A DNA stretch of 36,997 nucleotides, taken from positions 1 to 36,997 of the forward strand of contig CAYYEE010000001.1 in NCBI GenBank assembly GCA_964470775.1. Reading direction: 5' to 3'. The DNA comes from an uncultured Planctomycetota bacterium. Its GTDB lineage: Bacteria; Planctomycetota; Brocadiia; CAIUPP01; CAYYEE01. The notes below the pieces were generated by a model that had not been told where the DNA came from, did not search any database, and saw only the letters and a list, made by a program, of their open reading frames with translations. The position numbers and the translations under genes are program-made. Shown here one piece after another: positions 8,923 through 18,192 of the stretch (positions within the stretch are counted from its first letter, which is position 1; every line of letters starts with the position of its first letter).

Positions 8923-9972
8923 ATGCGCAGTCTACTTCGCAAACTCAGCGCTTTCACGCTGATCGAGTTGCTCGTCGTGATCGCGATCATCACCATTCTG
9001 GCCGCCGTTCTGTTGCCCGCGCTGGGCAATGCCCGCGAGATGGCCCGGGGCACGAGCTGCCTGAGCAATCTTCGCGGCATCGGCCAGGCGTTGCAGATGT
9101 ACGTAACCAGCAACAGCGGTCTTTTCCCGACGACCTACAACTATCTGGACGGCGAGAGCAGCAGCACCAGCCCGTACCATCACTGGACCGCCATGATCGA
9201 GCCGGACCTGTACAGTGAGGCGGGCAAGTACCCGAGACAGTTGAACCAGTACGTCTGCCCCTCGGACCTGAACCGGGGGTTCGCGCCCTCGAACTTCACG
9301 CCGGAACGCATCCCCAACCCCCCGCCCGGACAGAGCACGCAGACCGTGGGTTGGGACGACAAGCAGGCTCCGAGGTTGAGCTATGTGTGCAACGAGGCGA
9401 TTATGCCGCGCAAGAAGTTCGGCGACGCCCACGACCGCCGCGTTCTGGCCTTGTCGACGCCCACCGAGAACGGCAGCCAGCTTTGCTATGTGAGCTCGGA
9501 GGAAATTCGGGACCCGGGCAACACCATTCTGCTGGCGGAGTTCAGCGAGAGCTGCAACGGCATCTACGGCAGCTCGGTGGCCGGGGGCGTGGCTTACAAG
9601 AGCCACCGCCCGACCAACGGCGTGCAGTGGTCGAAGGACGGGGGCTCGACGTTCGAGAAGTTTGACGGTGAAAAGTGGTCCACGGAGGACACGGACTCCA
9701 GCACGGCCGGCCAGCAGAAGCCGGTGGTCTACAAGCTGACCGCCGCGGACGCTTGGACAGCCATCAACGCGCAGCTTGCGTCCCCGACGACCACGGCTCA
9801 TCACATCTCCTACATCAACCCCAACGCGCACAAGGACGGCAGCAACTACCTGTTCGTGGACGGGCACGCCGCCAAGCATGCGATCGAGAAGACTCTGGAC
9901 CCCAACAACTTCATGTGGGGCTACAAGATGTACTCCTGCACCCAGAAGCCGAAGATTCTGGACAAGCCGTAA
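8923..9972 (+). CDS. DUF1559 / H-X9-DG protein with prepilin-type N-terminal cleavage/methylation leader
   Basis: Start moved to the ATG at 8923 ([34 protein letters not shown]), preceded by AGGAGCAGGA. C-terminal [12 protein letters not shown] matches H-X9-DG. Confidence 0.85.
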   Translation: MRSLLRKLSAFTLIELLVVIAIITILAAVLLPALGNAREMARGTSCLSNLRGIGQALQMYVTSNSGLFPTTYNYLDGESSSTSPYHHWTAMIEPDLYSEAGKYPRQLNQYVCPSDLNRGFAPSNFTPERIPNPPPGQSTQTVGWDDKQAPRLSYVCNEAIMPRKKFGDAHDRRVLALSTPTENGSQLCYVSSEEIRDPGNTILLAEFSESCNGIYGSSVAGGVAYKSHRPTNGVQWSKDGGSTFEKFDGEKWSTEDTDSSTAGQQKPVVYKLTAADAWTAINAQLASPTTTAHHISYINPNAHKDGSNYLFVDGHAAKHAIEKTLDPNNFMWGYKMYSCTQKPKILDKP

Positions 9973-10001
9973 TTTTATCTGAGTTGGGCGTTTCCGTTCT
10001 G

Positions 10002-10035
10002 GCGAGGCCCGGTTCCGGCGGACCGGGCCTCGCCC
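10002..10035 (+). terminator. Strong GC hairpin after the first DUF1559 gene (terminator candidate, weak T-tract)
   Basis: GGCGAGGCCCGG-ttccggcgga-CCGGGCCTCGCC gives a 12-bp perfect stem. It lies 30 nt past the stop and is followed by ctggttctgg. Confidence 0.45.
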
Positions 10036-10107
10036 TGGTTCTGGACGGGCGGCGCGCTCTGGGACGTGGGATGGCGTGGCTGCGGCGCGGGGAATTGGAG
10101 GTGTGCG

Positions 10108-11205
10108 ATGGATGGGGACAAGAGGAACCGGCCGGCTTGGCCGGCGTTTACGCTGATCGAGCTGCTGGTGGTGATGGCGGTGATGACGATCCTGATGGGG
10201 ATTATTCTGCCGGCGGTGACGCGGGCGCGGGAGCATGCTCGCAGGGCGCAGTGCGCGAGCAATCTGAGCCAGGTGGGCAAGGCGTTGGTTTTGTACTCCA
10301 ATGTCTTCCAGGACTGGATGCCGAGCTATCCTGAGTGGGGGCAGGCGCAATGCGCGTATCGGGCCATGTCGGGGGTCATCCGCAACTACGCGGGCCACCA
10401 GGGAGCGAGCCGGCATTTGCCCATCGCGGTGAGCGGCGAGGTGGCGTCGCCGGCGGCGGACCTGCCCAACGGCGGGGCGAATTTCGTGCCGGTCGGGTTG
10501 GGCTTCCTGATTGACCGCGACGACATAGGCGCGGAGGTGGTGACGTGTCCGTCCATGGCGGGGTCGGTGGAGACGTGGTATGGGTCGGCGCGGTACGCCT
10601 ACACCAGCCAGTTGCCGCGTTTGCTGGGGTCGCAGGAGCGGCGGGTGGTCACGGCGGGGGGGGCTGGGTTCATGGCCGCGGACACGGCGGGCGGCATGAA
10701 GACCGTGGCGATCCTGTCGAGCTATGCCTATCGCGACACGCCGTTCTACAGCAGGCTCAAGCCCGACAACGCGCCCACGGGCTGGACTTATGTCAGCGAT
10801 CATCCCAGCCTGGCGGATTCATCCACGGGCTGGGTGGCGCAGTGGCGCCTGCCGTTCGTGAAGCCGGCGCGCAACGCGGAGTTCATGACGCCGCCGTTCA
10901 AGACCGTCCGCGCCTTGGGCGGGCGGGCCGTGGCGGCGGACGCTTTCGACACGGCGCCGTCGTCCTCGGGCGGCGCCTTTCCCAGCGACGGCGGGCTGGG
11001 GCGCTACGCGCATGGCGACGGGTACACGGCGCTCTATGGCGACGGTCACGCGCAGTACCACGCGGACGAGGAGCGGCGCATCGGCAAATGGAGCGAGTGG
11101 GCCGACCCGGCCAACACGGGATGCGACAACCTGACGATCAGCTCGCCGACGTCGCACAAGGTATGGAACCTGTTCGACCGGGCCATGAAGATTGACGAGG
11201 AATAG
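10108..11205 (+). CDS. DUF1559 / H-X9-DG protein with prepilin-type leader (paralog of 8923..9972)
   Basis: ATG at 10108 with GGAGG 6 nt upstream. Leader [27 protein letters not shown]-terminal [12 protein letters not shown] matches H-X9-DG. Confidence 0.85.
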   Translation: MDGDKRNRPAWPAFTLIELLVVMAVMTILMGIILPAVTRAREHARRAQCASNLSQVGKALVLYSNVFQDWMPSYPEWGQAQCAYRAMSGVIRNYAGHQGASRHLPIAVSGEVASPAADLPNGGANFVPVGLGFLIDRDDIGAEVVTCPSMAGSVETWYGSARYAYTSQLPRLLGSQERRVVTAGGAGFMAADTAGGMKTVAILSSYAYRDTPFYSRLKPDNAPTGWTYVSDHPSLADSSTGWVAQWRLPFVKPARNAEFMTPPFKTVRALGGRAVAADAFDTAPSSSGGAFPSDGGLGRYAHGDGYTALYGDGHAQYHADEERRIGKWSEWADPANTGCDNLTISSPTSHKVWNLFDRAMKIDEE

Positions 11206-11216
11206 GGGGCGCCCGG

Positions 11217-11714
11217 CTACGCCGCGCCCGTCATGAGTTGCAGCCATACGACGTCGAGGTCGCGGCCTTTCTTGCGGCCCACGCTTCTGAAGCGTCCGCA
11301 CTCGACAAAGCCGTGTTTGCGGTGGAAGCTGAGGCTGCCTTCGTTGAGCGCGGAGACGCTGGCGAGGATGGTGGTGATGCCCTTTTGGCGGGCTTCCGCG
11401 ACGAGGCGCTGGAGCAGGGCGGCGCCCAGGCCCTGGCGGCAGAAGTCGGGGTGGAGGAAGTAGGTGATCTCGGCGGCGCGGGCAAAGACGGGCAGGGGAT
11501 GCCAGGCGCGCAACATGCCGAAGCCGACGACGCGTCCTTCGACCTTGACGGCGTAGGCGGGGTAGCCTTCGGTCATTTTGAGGAACATGTCGAAGGCCGG
11601 GGCGGGCAGGGGGGTCTCGGGGTAGGCGGCAAAGGAGTTGGCGACGTAGTGGTTGAAGATTTCCATGACCGGGGCGCGGTGTTCGGGGGCGAGGCGTTCA
11701 AAGACGCAATCCAT
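11217..11714 (-). CDS. GNAT family N-acetyltransferase (phosphinothricin-acetyltransferase-like size and layout)
   Basis: 165 aa. Acetyl-CoA motif A-like RQGLGAALLQRLVAEARQKG. C-terminal N.GS..FH.KHGF pattern. Confidence 0.75.
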   Translation of the reverse strand: MDCVFERLAPEHRAPVMEIFNHYVANSFAAYPETPLPAPAFDMFLKMTEGYPAYAVKVEGRVVGFGMLRAWHPLPVFARAAEITYFLHPDFCRQGLGAALLQRLVAEARQKGITTILASVSALNEGSLSFHRKHGFVECGRFRSVGRKKGRDLDVVWLQLMTGAA

Positions 11715-11738
11715 GGGGTTCTCCTTGCTGCGGTTGGG

Positions 11739-13385
11739 TCACTCGGTGGATGAGCCGAGCAGGCCGGCGAGGTCGAGGACGGAGCGGAGGGGGCGGCGGA
11801 TGGGTTCGAGCTTCATGACTTTCCACTTGGGCGCCCAGATTTTGCCGGTGACGCGGACGGGGGGGAGGATGGCGCCTTGGACGCCGCGGATGACGACGTT
11901 GAAGGCGTCGCTGATGAGGGGGATGCCGCCGGAGGTCTTGGGGCTGACGGCGGCGAGGATGAGGTCGGTTTCTCCGTCGAGGCGGATCGTGCCGCGTCCG
12001 GTGACTTCCACGGCCTGGCTGGAGAGGAGGATGTGTTCGAAGGTGACGACGCCGCCGAGCACGGTGAAGCGGACCTCGGCGGTGTCGAAGACCGTGCGGC
12101 CGGGCAGTTGCAGGCTGATGATGTTGAAGAAGCCGGCGAGGACAGGCAGGTCGGCCAGGGTTCCCTGGGTGATGCTGACCTCGCCCTTGGCGATGATGGA
12201 GTCGGGGCCGCCGAAGTCGCCGGTGGCGGAGAGGAACACGCGTGTCTGGCCGGAGAGGCCGCGGGCGGAGTCGCCCAGGGTTCGCGTCATGTCCTGGAGC
12301 GAGGCCTTTTCCAGGGCGATCCAGAAGTCGAAGAAGGGCGCCTTGGCGGGGTCGTCGGGGAACTGGATGACGCCGGCGCCTTCGAGGGCGCCGTCGTAGG
12401 CGCGAGCGGAGACGTAAGGGACCTGAAGGCGGCGGGAACTGGCCGACACGGTGGCCGAGAGCGAGCGCGCGTCCACGGGCCACACGCTGGAGATCATCTG
12501 GACGCCGGCGACTTCGGCCTGGGCGGACCAGTCGAACTGGCTGTCGGGCTGGCGGAGGGTGAGGATGACGCGGCCGGTGGCCGCGCCCTTGGGGTTGAGC
12601 TGGCGGGCCAGGTCGAGATAGCGCGCCGGGAGCAGGGCCAGGAGCTCGGGGGTGATCTCGAACCAGGGCAGATCGGCTTCGATATTGAACGAGGGCGGGC
12701 TGTTGGGCTGGGAAGAGTCGAGCCATCCGCTGATCTTGCCGCCGCGCAGGGGGCCGCCCAGGAGAGTGGCGTGGAGGTTGAAGCTGTCGAAGCCGTCGGT
12801 GGCTGGGGTGAGGGTGATGTGGGCGCGTTCGAAGGCGCGCTCGCGTTCGTCGCCGAAGAGCAAGGCGTCGCGCACGCCCACATAGGCGAAGCGCAGGAAG
12901 ACGCCTTCGGGAAAGAGGCGGAGGTTGGGCGCGGGACCGCCGCCTTCGGGCTGGGGCTTGAGGGCGGTGGCCGCGTTCCAGCGGCCGTCGGCGAGGCGGC
13001 GCAGGCGCAGGGAGCAGTCGTTGAGGGTGAGGCGGGTGGGCTCGATGGGTCCGAAGACGAGGGACCAGGGGTTGAGGTCGAGGCGGGCCCTGCCGATTTC
13101 GAGCAGGGGGAGCTTGGGCGTGGCGGCGGGGGTAATTTGGAGGTTGCGGACGATGACGCCGCGCGGGGGGATGACATGGGCGCTGTCAAAGACGACCTGG
13201 CCGTCGACGTACTGCGCGGCGAGGTCGTTGAGCTGGGACGCGGCGAAGGCTTCGGAGGTGTAGCGCCGCCAGGCGCCGCGCAGCCAGGCCACGGCCCACA
13301 TGAGGGCCAGGCACAGGAGCGCCAGGGCCGCCCACGGCAGCCAGCGGCGCCGGCCACCGGGTTGAGGGGTTTCCGCGGCGGTCAC
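11739..13385 (-). CDS. N-terminally anchored AsmA-like / TamB-like envelope protein (function call tentative)
   Basis: 548 aa, GTG start. One N-terminal TM (WLPWAALALLCLALMWAVAWL). Long beta-rich body. C-terminal pattern ...VTFEHILLSSQAVEVTGRGTIRLDGETDL... resembles the AsmA C-terminal region. Confidence 0.5.
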   Translation of the reverse strand: MTAAETPQPGGRRRWLPWAALALLCLALMWAVAWLRGAWRRYTSEAFAASQLNDLAAQYVDGQVVFDSAHVIPPRGVIVRNLQITPAATPKLPLLEIGRARLDLNPWSLVFGPIEPTRLTLNDCSLRLRRLADGRWNAATALKPQPEGGGPAPNLRLFPEGVFLRFAYVGVRDALLFGDERERAFERAHITLTPATDGFDSFNLHATLLGGPLRGGKISGWLDSSQPNSPPSFNIEADLPWFEITPELLALLPARYLDLARQLNPKGAATGRVILTLRQPDSQFDWSAQAEVAGVQMISSVWPVDARSLSATVSASSRRLQVPYVSARAYDGALEGAGVIQFPDDPAKAPFFDFWIALEKASLQDMTRTLGDSARGLSGQTRVFLSATGDFGGPDSIIAKGEVSITQGTLADLPVLAGFFNIISLQLPGRTVFDTAEVRFTVLGGVVTFEHILLSSQAVEVTGRGTIRLDGETDLILAAVSPKTSGGIPLISDAFNVVIRGVQGAILPPVRVTGKIWAPKWKVMKLEPIRRPLRSVLDLAGLLGSSTE

Positions 13386-13474
13386 GGGTGTGGTCTCCTA
13401 CCAGGACACTAGCGGCCGCGCGGCCAGCGTGTTTGAAGAAACCACCGAACGGGCGGCGATTCCTTGGGAGGCGC

Positions 13475-16400
13475 TCAGCCGCCTTTGTTCGAGAGACGGC
13501 GAAGTTCGTATTCGGCGGCGAGGGCTTCGGGCAGGCCCAGGCCCAGCGCGGCGCGGCAGGGTTCGAGCAGGTTCTGGGCGCCTTGGCGGTCGCCGCCGGC
13601 CAGGCGCAGCTGGGCGGCGTAGAAACGGGCTTCGCAGAGCCGGGCTTCCTGGGCGCCGGCGCCGGATTCGGCCGCGGCGGCCAACAGGCCGGCTTCGTCG
13701 AGATCGCCGGCGAAGAAGTCCAGCAGGCGTTTGGTCCAGCCCTCGGGTTTGAGGTTGTCGCGGACCTGGCGCGCGGCGGCGCGGAGGTCGGCGAGGCTCT
13801 TGCCCTCTTTCAGGTCGAGGACCAGGAGGAACAAGGTGGCGTAGGGCGCGGCGGCGCCGCGGCCAGCCTGGAGCTTGACGGCGCGGGCGATGTCGGCGCG
13901 GGCCTTGGCCCACTGGCCGGCGTTGAACAGGGCGTGGCCGCGTTCGAGCAGGCTGAAGGGAGAGCCGGGCTCCAGCTCGACGGCCTTGTCATAGTCGCGC
14001 ATGGCCAGGTCCATCTGGCCTTCGCGCATGAGGGCGTTGCCGCGGGCGCGATAGGCCATGGCGTAGTCGGGGCGCAGGGCGATGGCCTGGCCGAGGTCCT
14101 GGAGGGCGTTGGCGATCTGGCCTTTGCGGGTGAGGGCGACGCCGCGATAGAGCCAGGGCGCGGGGTCGTCGGCGCGGAGCTCGATGGCTTTGGAGCTGGC
14201 GGCGGCGGCGGCGTCGAGCTGGCTGGCGCGCAGGGCGGCGTAGGCCAGGGCGGCGTGGGCGGCGGGCGCCGCGGGGTTGATCTCGATGGCGCGCTGGTAG
14301 TCTTGGATGGAGCGGTCGAAGACGCCCTTGGACGCCCAGGCGCCGCCGCGGTTGATCCAGGCCATGGCGTCGCCGGGCTTGAGTTCGATGGCGCGGGAGT
14401 AGTCGGCGATGGCGGCGTCCCACTCGGCTTTGCGGGCGTGGGCGGCGCCGCGGTTGTTGTAGAAGAGGGCTTCGTTGGGCTGGAGTTCGATGGCCTTGGT
14501 GTAGCTGGCGATGGCGGCGTCGAACTGGTTGAGGGCGCCTTGGGCCGCGCCGAGGTTGTAGAGCATCTCGGCGTTGTTGGGCTGGAGCTCGATGGCGCGG
14601 GTGTAGTCCTTGATGGCCTGCTCCCACTGGCCGGCGGCGGCGCGGGCCATGCCGCGGGCGTAGATGGGCTGGGGCAGGCCGGGCTTGAGCTCTACGGCGC
14701 GGTCGAGGTCCTCGATGGCCTGGGGGTAGAGGGCTTTGCGGCGGAAGGCCTGGCCGCGCTGGAGCAGGGCTTCGGCGTCCTTGGGGTCGAACTTGACGGC
14801 GGAGGAGAAGTCGGCGATGGCGTCGTCGAGGCGGCCTTGCCGGGCGCGGACCACGCCGCGCTGAAGATAGGCGGCGGCGAGGTCGGGCTGGAGTTCGATG
14901 GCGCGGGTGAAGTCGCCGGCGGCGGCGTCGAGCAGGCCGGAGGCGAGGGTCATGAGGCCGCGGCGGAACCAGGGCTGGGGGTCGGCGGCGCCGTAGGCGA
15001 TGGCCTGGGTGTAGTCATCGTAGGCGGCCTGGGTGAGTTTCTGAGATTCATACATCTGGCCGCGGCGGAAGAAGGCGCGGGCGAGGTCTGGGTTGGGCTC
15101 GATGGCGCGGGTGGCGCCGGGCATGAGGGGGCCGTTGGCGTCCTGGGCGGCCTGGCGGGCGGCGTCGGCGGTCTGGATCTGGATGACGCGGGCGAGGTCG
15201 GCGACGGCTTTTTCGCGCTGGCCTTTGGCTTCGAGGATCTGGGCGCGGAGCAGGAGAGCGCTTGCGCTGGCCGGGGCGGCCTCGATGGCCTTGTCCAGGC
15301 CGGCGAGGGCTTCGTCGGCGCGGCCCAGGGCGTGGAGGCACAGGGCGCGGTGGTAGAGGACGGGGGGGTCCTGGGGGCTGGCGGCGAGGACCTTGTCAAA
15401 GCCGGCGGCGGCTTCTTCATAGCGGCCCAGGGCTTCGCGGCAGAGGCTGTCGATGTAGAGCGCCTTGGCGTCGCCGGGGGCCTTCTCGAGAACCTTGGCC
15501 AGGTCCTGCATGGCGTTCTCGTAGCGGCCGCTGATGTAGTTGATGGAGGCGCGGCCCAGGCGCACGGCGGGGCTGTCGGGCTTGAGTTCCACGGCTTTGT
15601 CATAGTCCTTGAGCACCTGCTCCAGTTCGCCGGCGCGGAGCAAGGCGGCGCCGCGGTTCTGGCGGGCTTCGGCCAGGCCGGGCTGGAGGCGGATGACCTC
15701 GTCGTAGTCCTTGATGGCCAGGTCGTTCCGGCCTTTGCGGTAGTAGGCGTAGCCGCGGCCGAACAGGGCGGCGGCGTTCTCGGGCTGGAGGGCGAGGACG
15801 CGGTTGTAGCCTTCGATGCCTTCGTCCAGGGCGCCGCGCTGGACCTGGGCGCCGGAGCGGTTGATCAGGGCGGGGATGAAGTCGGGCTTGATCTCGATGG
15901 CGCGGGAGAAGTCGGCGATGGCGGGGTCGAGCAGGCCGGCGCGCTGCCGGGCGTAGCCGCGGTTGTTGAGGGCTTCGGCGAAGTCGGGCTGCAGCTCGAT
16001 GGCCTTGGCGTACTCTTGCGCGGCTTCGTCGGTCTGGCCTTTGCGGTCGAGCAGGGCGCCGCGGTTGTTGTGGGCTTCGGCCAGCAGGCGGGTGAGGCGC
16101 TTGATCTCGGCGGGTTCGGTGGCGCCGGCCAGGGCGGGCTGGAGGATGGCAAGGGCTTTCTCATAGCCCTTGAGGGCCTCGTCGTTCTGGTTCTTCCCGC
16201 CGCAGGCGTTGGCGCGGTTGAGCCAGGCTTCGCCCATGAGGCGGCGCGCGACGCGGCCGGCCTTGGAGTCGGCGCCGCTGGCGGCGAGGGTCTGGTCGAA
16301 GAGGGGGATGGCGGTGTCGCAGTCCTGGATGGCTTCGTCGAACTGGCGCGCGCGGACGCGGGCCAGGCTGCGGTGATAGTAGACCTCGGCGTAGTCGGGT

Positions 16401-17110
16401 TTGAGCTTGAGGGCCTTGTCGTAGTTCTCCACGGCCTGGCGCAGCTCGCCGCGGTTGTAGAGGGCGATGCCTTGGAGGTGATAGCCGATGGCGCTGGCCT
16501 GGGCGGTGTCCGCGGCGCGGACCTGGGGGGCGGGGCGCCTGGCGCCGGGGATGGGCTTTTCGGGCGCGGCGGCGATGTCGAAGCGGATCTGGTAGGCCTT
16601 CATGAAGTCGCGGACGGCTTCCTCGTGGAGGCCTTTTTCGCCGTAGGCCATGCCGCGGTCGCGATAGGCCTCGGCGAAGCCGGCGGGCGCGGGCTTGGCG
16701 GGGAGCTTGCCGTAGATCTCGATGGCCTTGTCAAAGGACGGGATGGCCTGGTCGAATTGCTCCTTGCGCATGAGGGCCACGCCGCGGCCGTGCCAGGCGC
16801 TGGCGGCGGCGGCGTCGCGCGCGCCGGGGCCGGCCAGGGCCAGGGCCTTGTCGAAGTCGGCGATGGCGGCGTCGTAGCGGCCCGCGGCAAGCTGGGCCTG
16901 GCCGCGGCGGCGCCAGGCTTCGGTGTAGTCCGGGGCCAGCTCAATGGCCTTGGTGAACCACTGGGCCTGTTCCTCTGGCTTTGTGGCGGAGAGGCCTTTG
17001 TTGAGGGCTTCGCGGGCGGCGCGGCTGGGGCCGCTGCGCAAGGAAAAGACCACGGCGGCGATGGCCGCCGCCACGACAAGCACACAGATAGCCAGCCACG
17101 CGCGTTTCAT
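13475..17110 (-). CDS. Giant membrane-anchored tetratricopeptide repeat (TPR) protein
   Basis: 1211 aa. N-terminal anchor MKRAWLAICVLVVAAAIAAVVF. Then about 30 consecutive 34-aa units with A..Y..Ai.l.P..a.a...RG periodicity. Confidence 0.9.
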   Translation of the reverse strand: MKRAWLAICVLVVAAAIAAVVFSLRSGPSRAAREALNKGLSATKPEEQAQWFTKAIELAPDYTEAWRRRGQAQLAAGRYDAAIADFDKALALAGPGARDAAAASAWHGRGVALMRKEQFDQAIPSFDKAIEIYGKLPAKPAPAGFAEAYRDRGMAYGEKGLHEEAVRDFMKAYQIRFDIAAAPEKPIPGARRPAPQVRAADTAQASAIGYHLQGIALYNRGELRQAVENYDKALKLKPDYAEVYYHRSLARVRARQFDEAIQDCDTAIPLFDQTLAASGADSKAGRVARRLMGEAWLNRANACGGKNQNDEALKGYEKALAILQPALAGATEPAEIKRLTRLLAEAHNNRGALLDRKGQTDEAAQEYAKAIELQPDFAEALNNRGYARQRAGLLDPAIADFSRAIEIKPDFIPALINRSGAQVQRGALDEGIEGYNRVLALQPENAAALFGRGYAYYRKGRNDLAIKDYDEVIRLQPGLAEARQNRGAALLRAGELEQVLKDYDKAVELKPDSPAVRLGRASINYISGRYENAMQDLAKVLEKAPGDAKALYIDSLCREALGRYEEAAAGFDKVLAASPQDPPVLYHRALCLHALGRADEALAGLDKAIEAAPASASALLLRAQILEAKGQREKAVADLARVIQIQTADAARQAAQDANGPLMPGATRAIEPNPDLARAFFRRGQMYESQKLTQAAYDDYTQAIAYGAADPQPWFRRGLMTLASGLLDAAAGDFTRAIELQPDLAAAYLQRGVVRARQGRLDDAIADFSSAVKFDPKDAEALLQRGQAFRRKALYPQAIEDLDRAVELKPGLPQPIYARGMARAAAGQWEQAIKDYTRAIELQPNNAEMLYNLGAAQGALNQFDAAIASYTKAIELQPNEALFYNNRGAAHARKAEWDAAIADYSRAIELKPGDAMAWINRGGAWASKGVFDRSIQDYQRAIEINPAAPAAHAALAYAALRASQLDAAAAASSKAIELRADDPAPWLYRGVALTRKGQIANALQDLGQAIALRPDYAMAYRARGNALMREGQMDLAMRDYDKAVELEPGSPFSLLERGHALFNAGQWAKARADIARAVKLQAGRGAAAPYATLFLLVLDLKEGKSLADLRAAARQVRDNLKPEGWTKRLLDFFAGDLDEAGLLAAAAESGAGAQEARLCEARFYAAQLRLAGGDRQGAQNLLEPCRAALGLGLPEALAAEYELRRLSNKGG

Positions 17111-17165
17111 CCGGTGGACCTCAAAGGCTGCAAGACGGGGCGCGCCAAGAGGCGCAAGGTCTCAC

Positions 17166-17194
17166 ATTTTTAACTGTAGGGGGGAGCAAGTCAA
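17166..17194 (-). promoter_or_regulatory. Candidate sigma70-type promoter for the TPR / AsmA-like / GNAT operon (TTGACT-16/17-TAAAAAT)
   Basis: Minus-strand TTGACT at 17189-17194. An A/T island ATTTTTA sits at 17166-17172 in otherwise GC-rich DNA. Lies ~60 nt upstream of the start at 17110. Confidence 0.45.
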
Positions 17195-17218
17195 GGAAGG
17201 GGCGGGGCGGGGGGCGCC

Positions 17219-17254
17219 GGACGGGTCGGACAGGTCAGACGGGTTGGACGGAAA
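17219..17254. repeat. Phased GGAC(G)G tandem repeat (four 9-bp units)
   Basis: GGACGGGTC GGACAGGTC AGACGGGTT GGACGGAAA, with starts at 17219, 17228, 17237 and 17246. Overlaps the thrB stop region. Confidence 0.75.
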
Positions 17255-18188
17255 GGAGGCGGGCGCCTTGGCGGTCGACGCGGGGGAGGGCCAGGGTGGA
17301 GGCGAGGCCGTGGCGGCGGAAGACGGCCTGGAGGGCGCGGCCCGCGCGCTGCTGGGCTTGGGCGCAGGGGGGGGTGAAGGCGATGAGGGAGGGCCCGGCG
17401 CCGCTGAGGGTGGCGGCGAGGGCGCCGGCGCGGCGGGCGGCGGCCAGGGCTTCGGTCATGCCGGGGACAAGGGGGGCGCGGTAGGGCTGGTGGAGGATGT
17501 CGTCCATGGCGTGGGCCAGGCGTTCGAGGCGGCCGGAGGCGAACATGGCGGCCACGGCGGCGGCGCGGCCCAGGGTGACGACGGCATCGCGCCTGGAGTA
17601 TTGGGCGGGCAGGGCGGCGCGGCTGGCGCTGGTGGCCAGGCGCATGGCGGGGGTGACGACGGCGAGGCCGAAGCGGGCGCGCAAGGGCACGGGCGCCACG
17701 GCGGGCCGGCCGGCGGCGTCAAAGCACGCAGTCATGCCGCCCCAAAGCGCGGGGGCGGCGTTGTCGGCGTGGCCTTCGATTTCGGCGGCCAGTTCCAGGA
17801 GGCGCTCGCGGGGCAGGAGGGGCTCGCCGCACAGGGCGTTGGCGGCGGCCAGGCCGGCCACGGCGGCGGAGGCGCTGCTGCCCAGGCCGCTGGCCAGGGG
17901 GATGCGGCAGAGGCACTGGACGCGCGCGGCGTCCACGCTGAAGCGCCGCTCCTTGAACAGGCGGCTGGCGGCGGCCCAGGCCAGGTTGTCGGCGTTGCGG
18001 GGCAGGTCCTCGGTTCCGTGGCCTTGCGTCGTGACGACGACGTCCGGGGCGCGGCGCCCGCGGCCTCGGCGCAGTCCTTCCACCTCAAAGGTAAAGTCGT
18101 TGTAGAGGGTCAAGGCCAGGCCGAGGGAGTCGAAGCCGGGGCCGAGGTTGGCGGTGGTGGCGGGCACGCGGACGCGGACGCGCGGCAT
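17235..18188 (-). CDS. thrB: Homoserine kinase
   Basis: 317 aa. GHMP kinase N-terminus VPATTANLGPGFDSLGLAL and motif PLASGLGSSAS. Follows thrC by 4 nt. Confidence 0.9.
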   Translation of the reverse strand: MPRVRVRVPATTANLGPGFDSLGLALTLYNDFTFEVEGLRRGRGRRAPDVVVTTQGHGTEDLPRNADNLAWAAASRLFKERRFSVDAARVQCLCRIPLASGLGSSASAAVAGLAAANALCGEPLLPRERLLELAAEIEGHADNAAPALWGGMTACFDAAGRPAVAPVPLRARFGLAVVTPAMRLATSASRAALPAQYSRRDAVVTLGRAAAVAAMFASGRLERLAHAMDDILHQPYRAPLVPGMTEALAAARRAGALAATLSGAGPSLIAFTPPCAQAQQRAGRALQAVFRRHGLASTLALPRVDRQGARLLSVQPV

Positions 18189-18192
18189 GGGG

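Noticed and set aside
13421-13450. A fourth copy of the palindromic element (gcGTGTTTgaagAAACcAC).
   Set aside because: It shares only a 6-7 nt imperfect mini-hairpin and lacks the GGAAATGC core and outer arms. It is too short to distinguish from chance.
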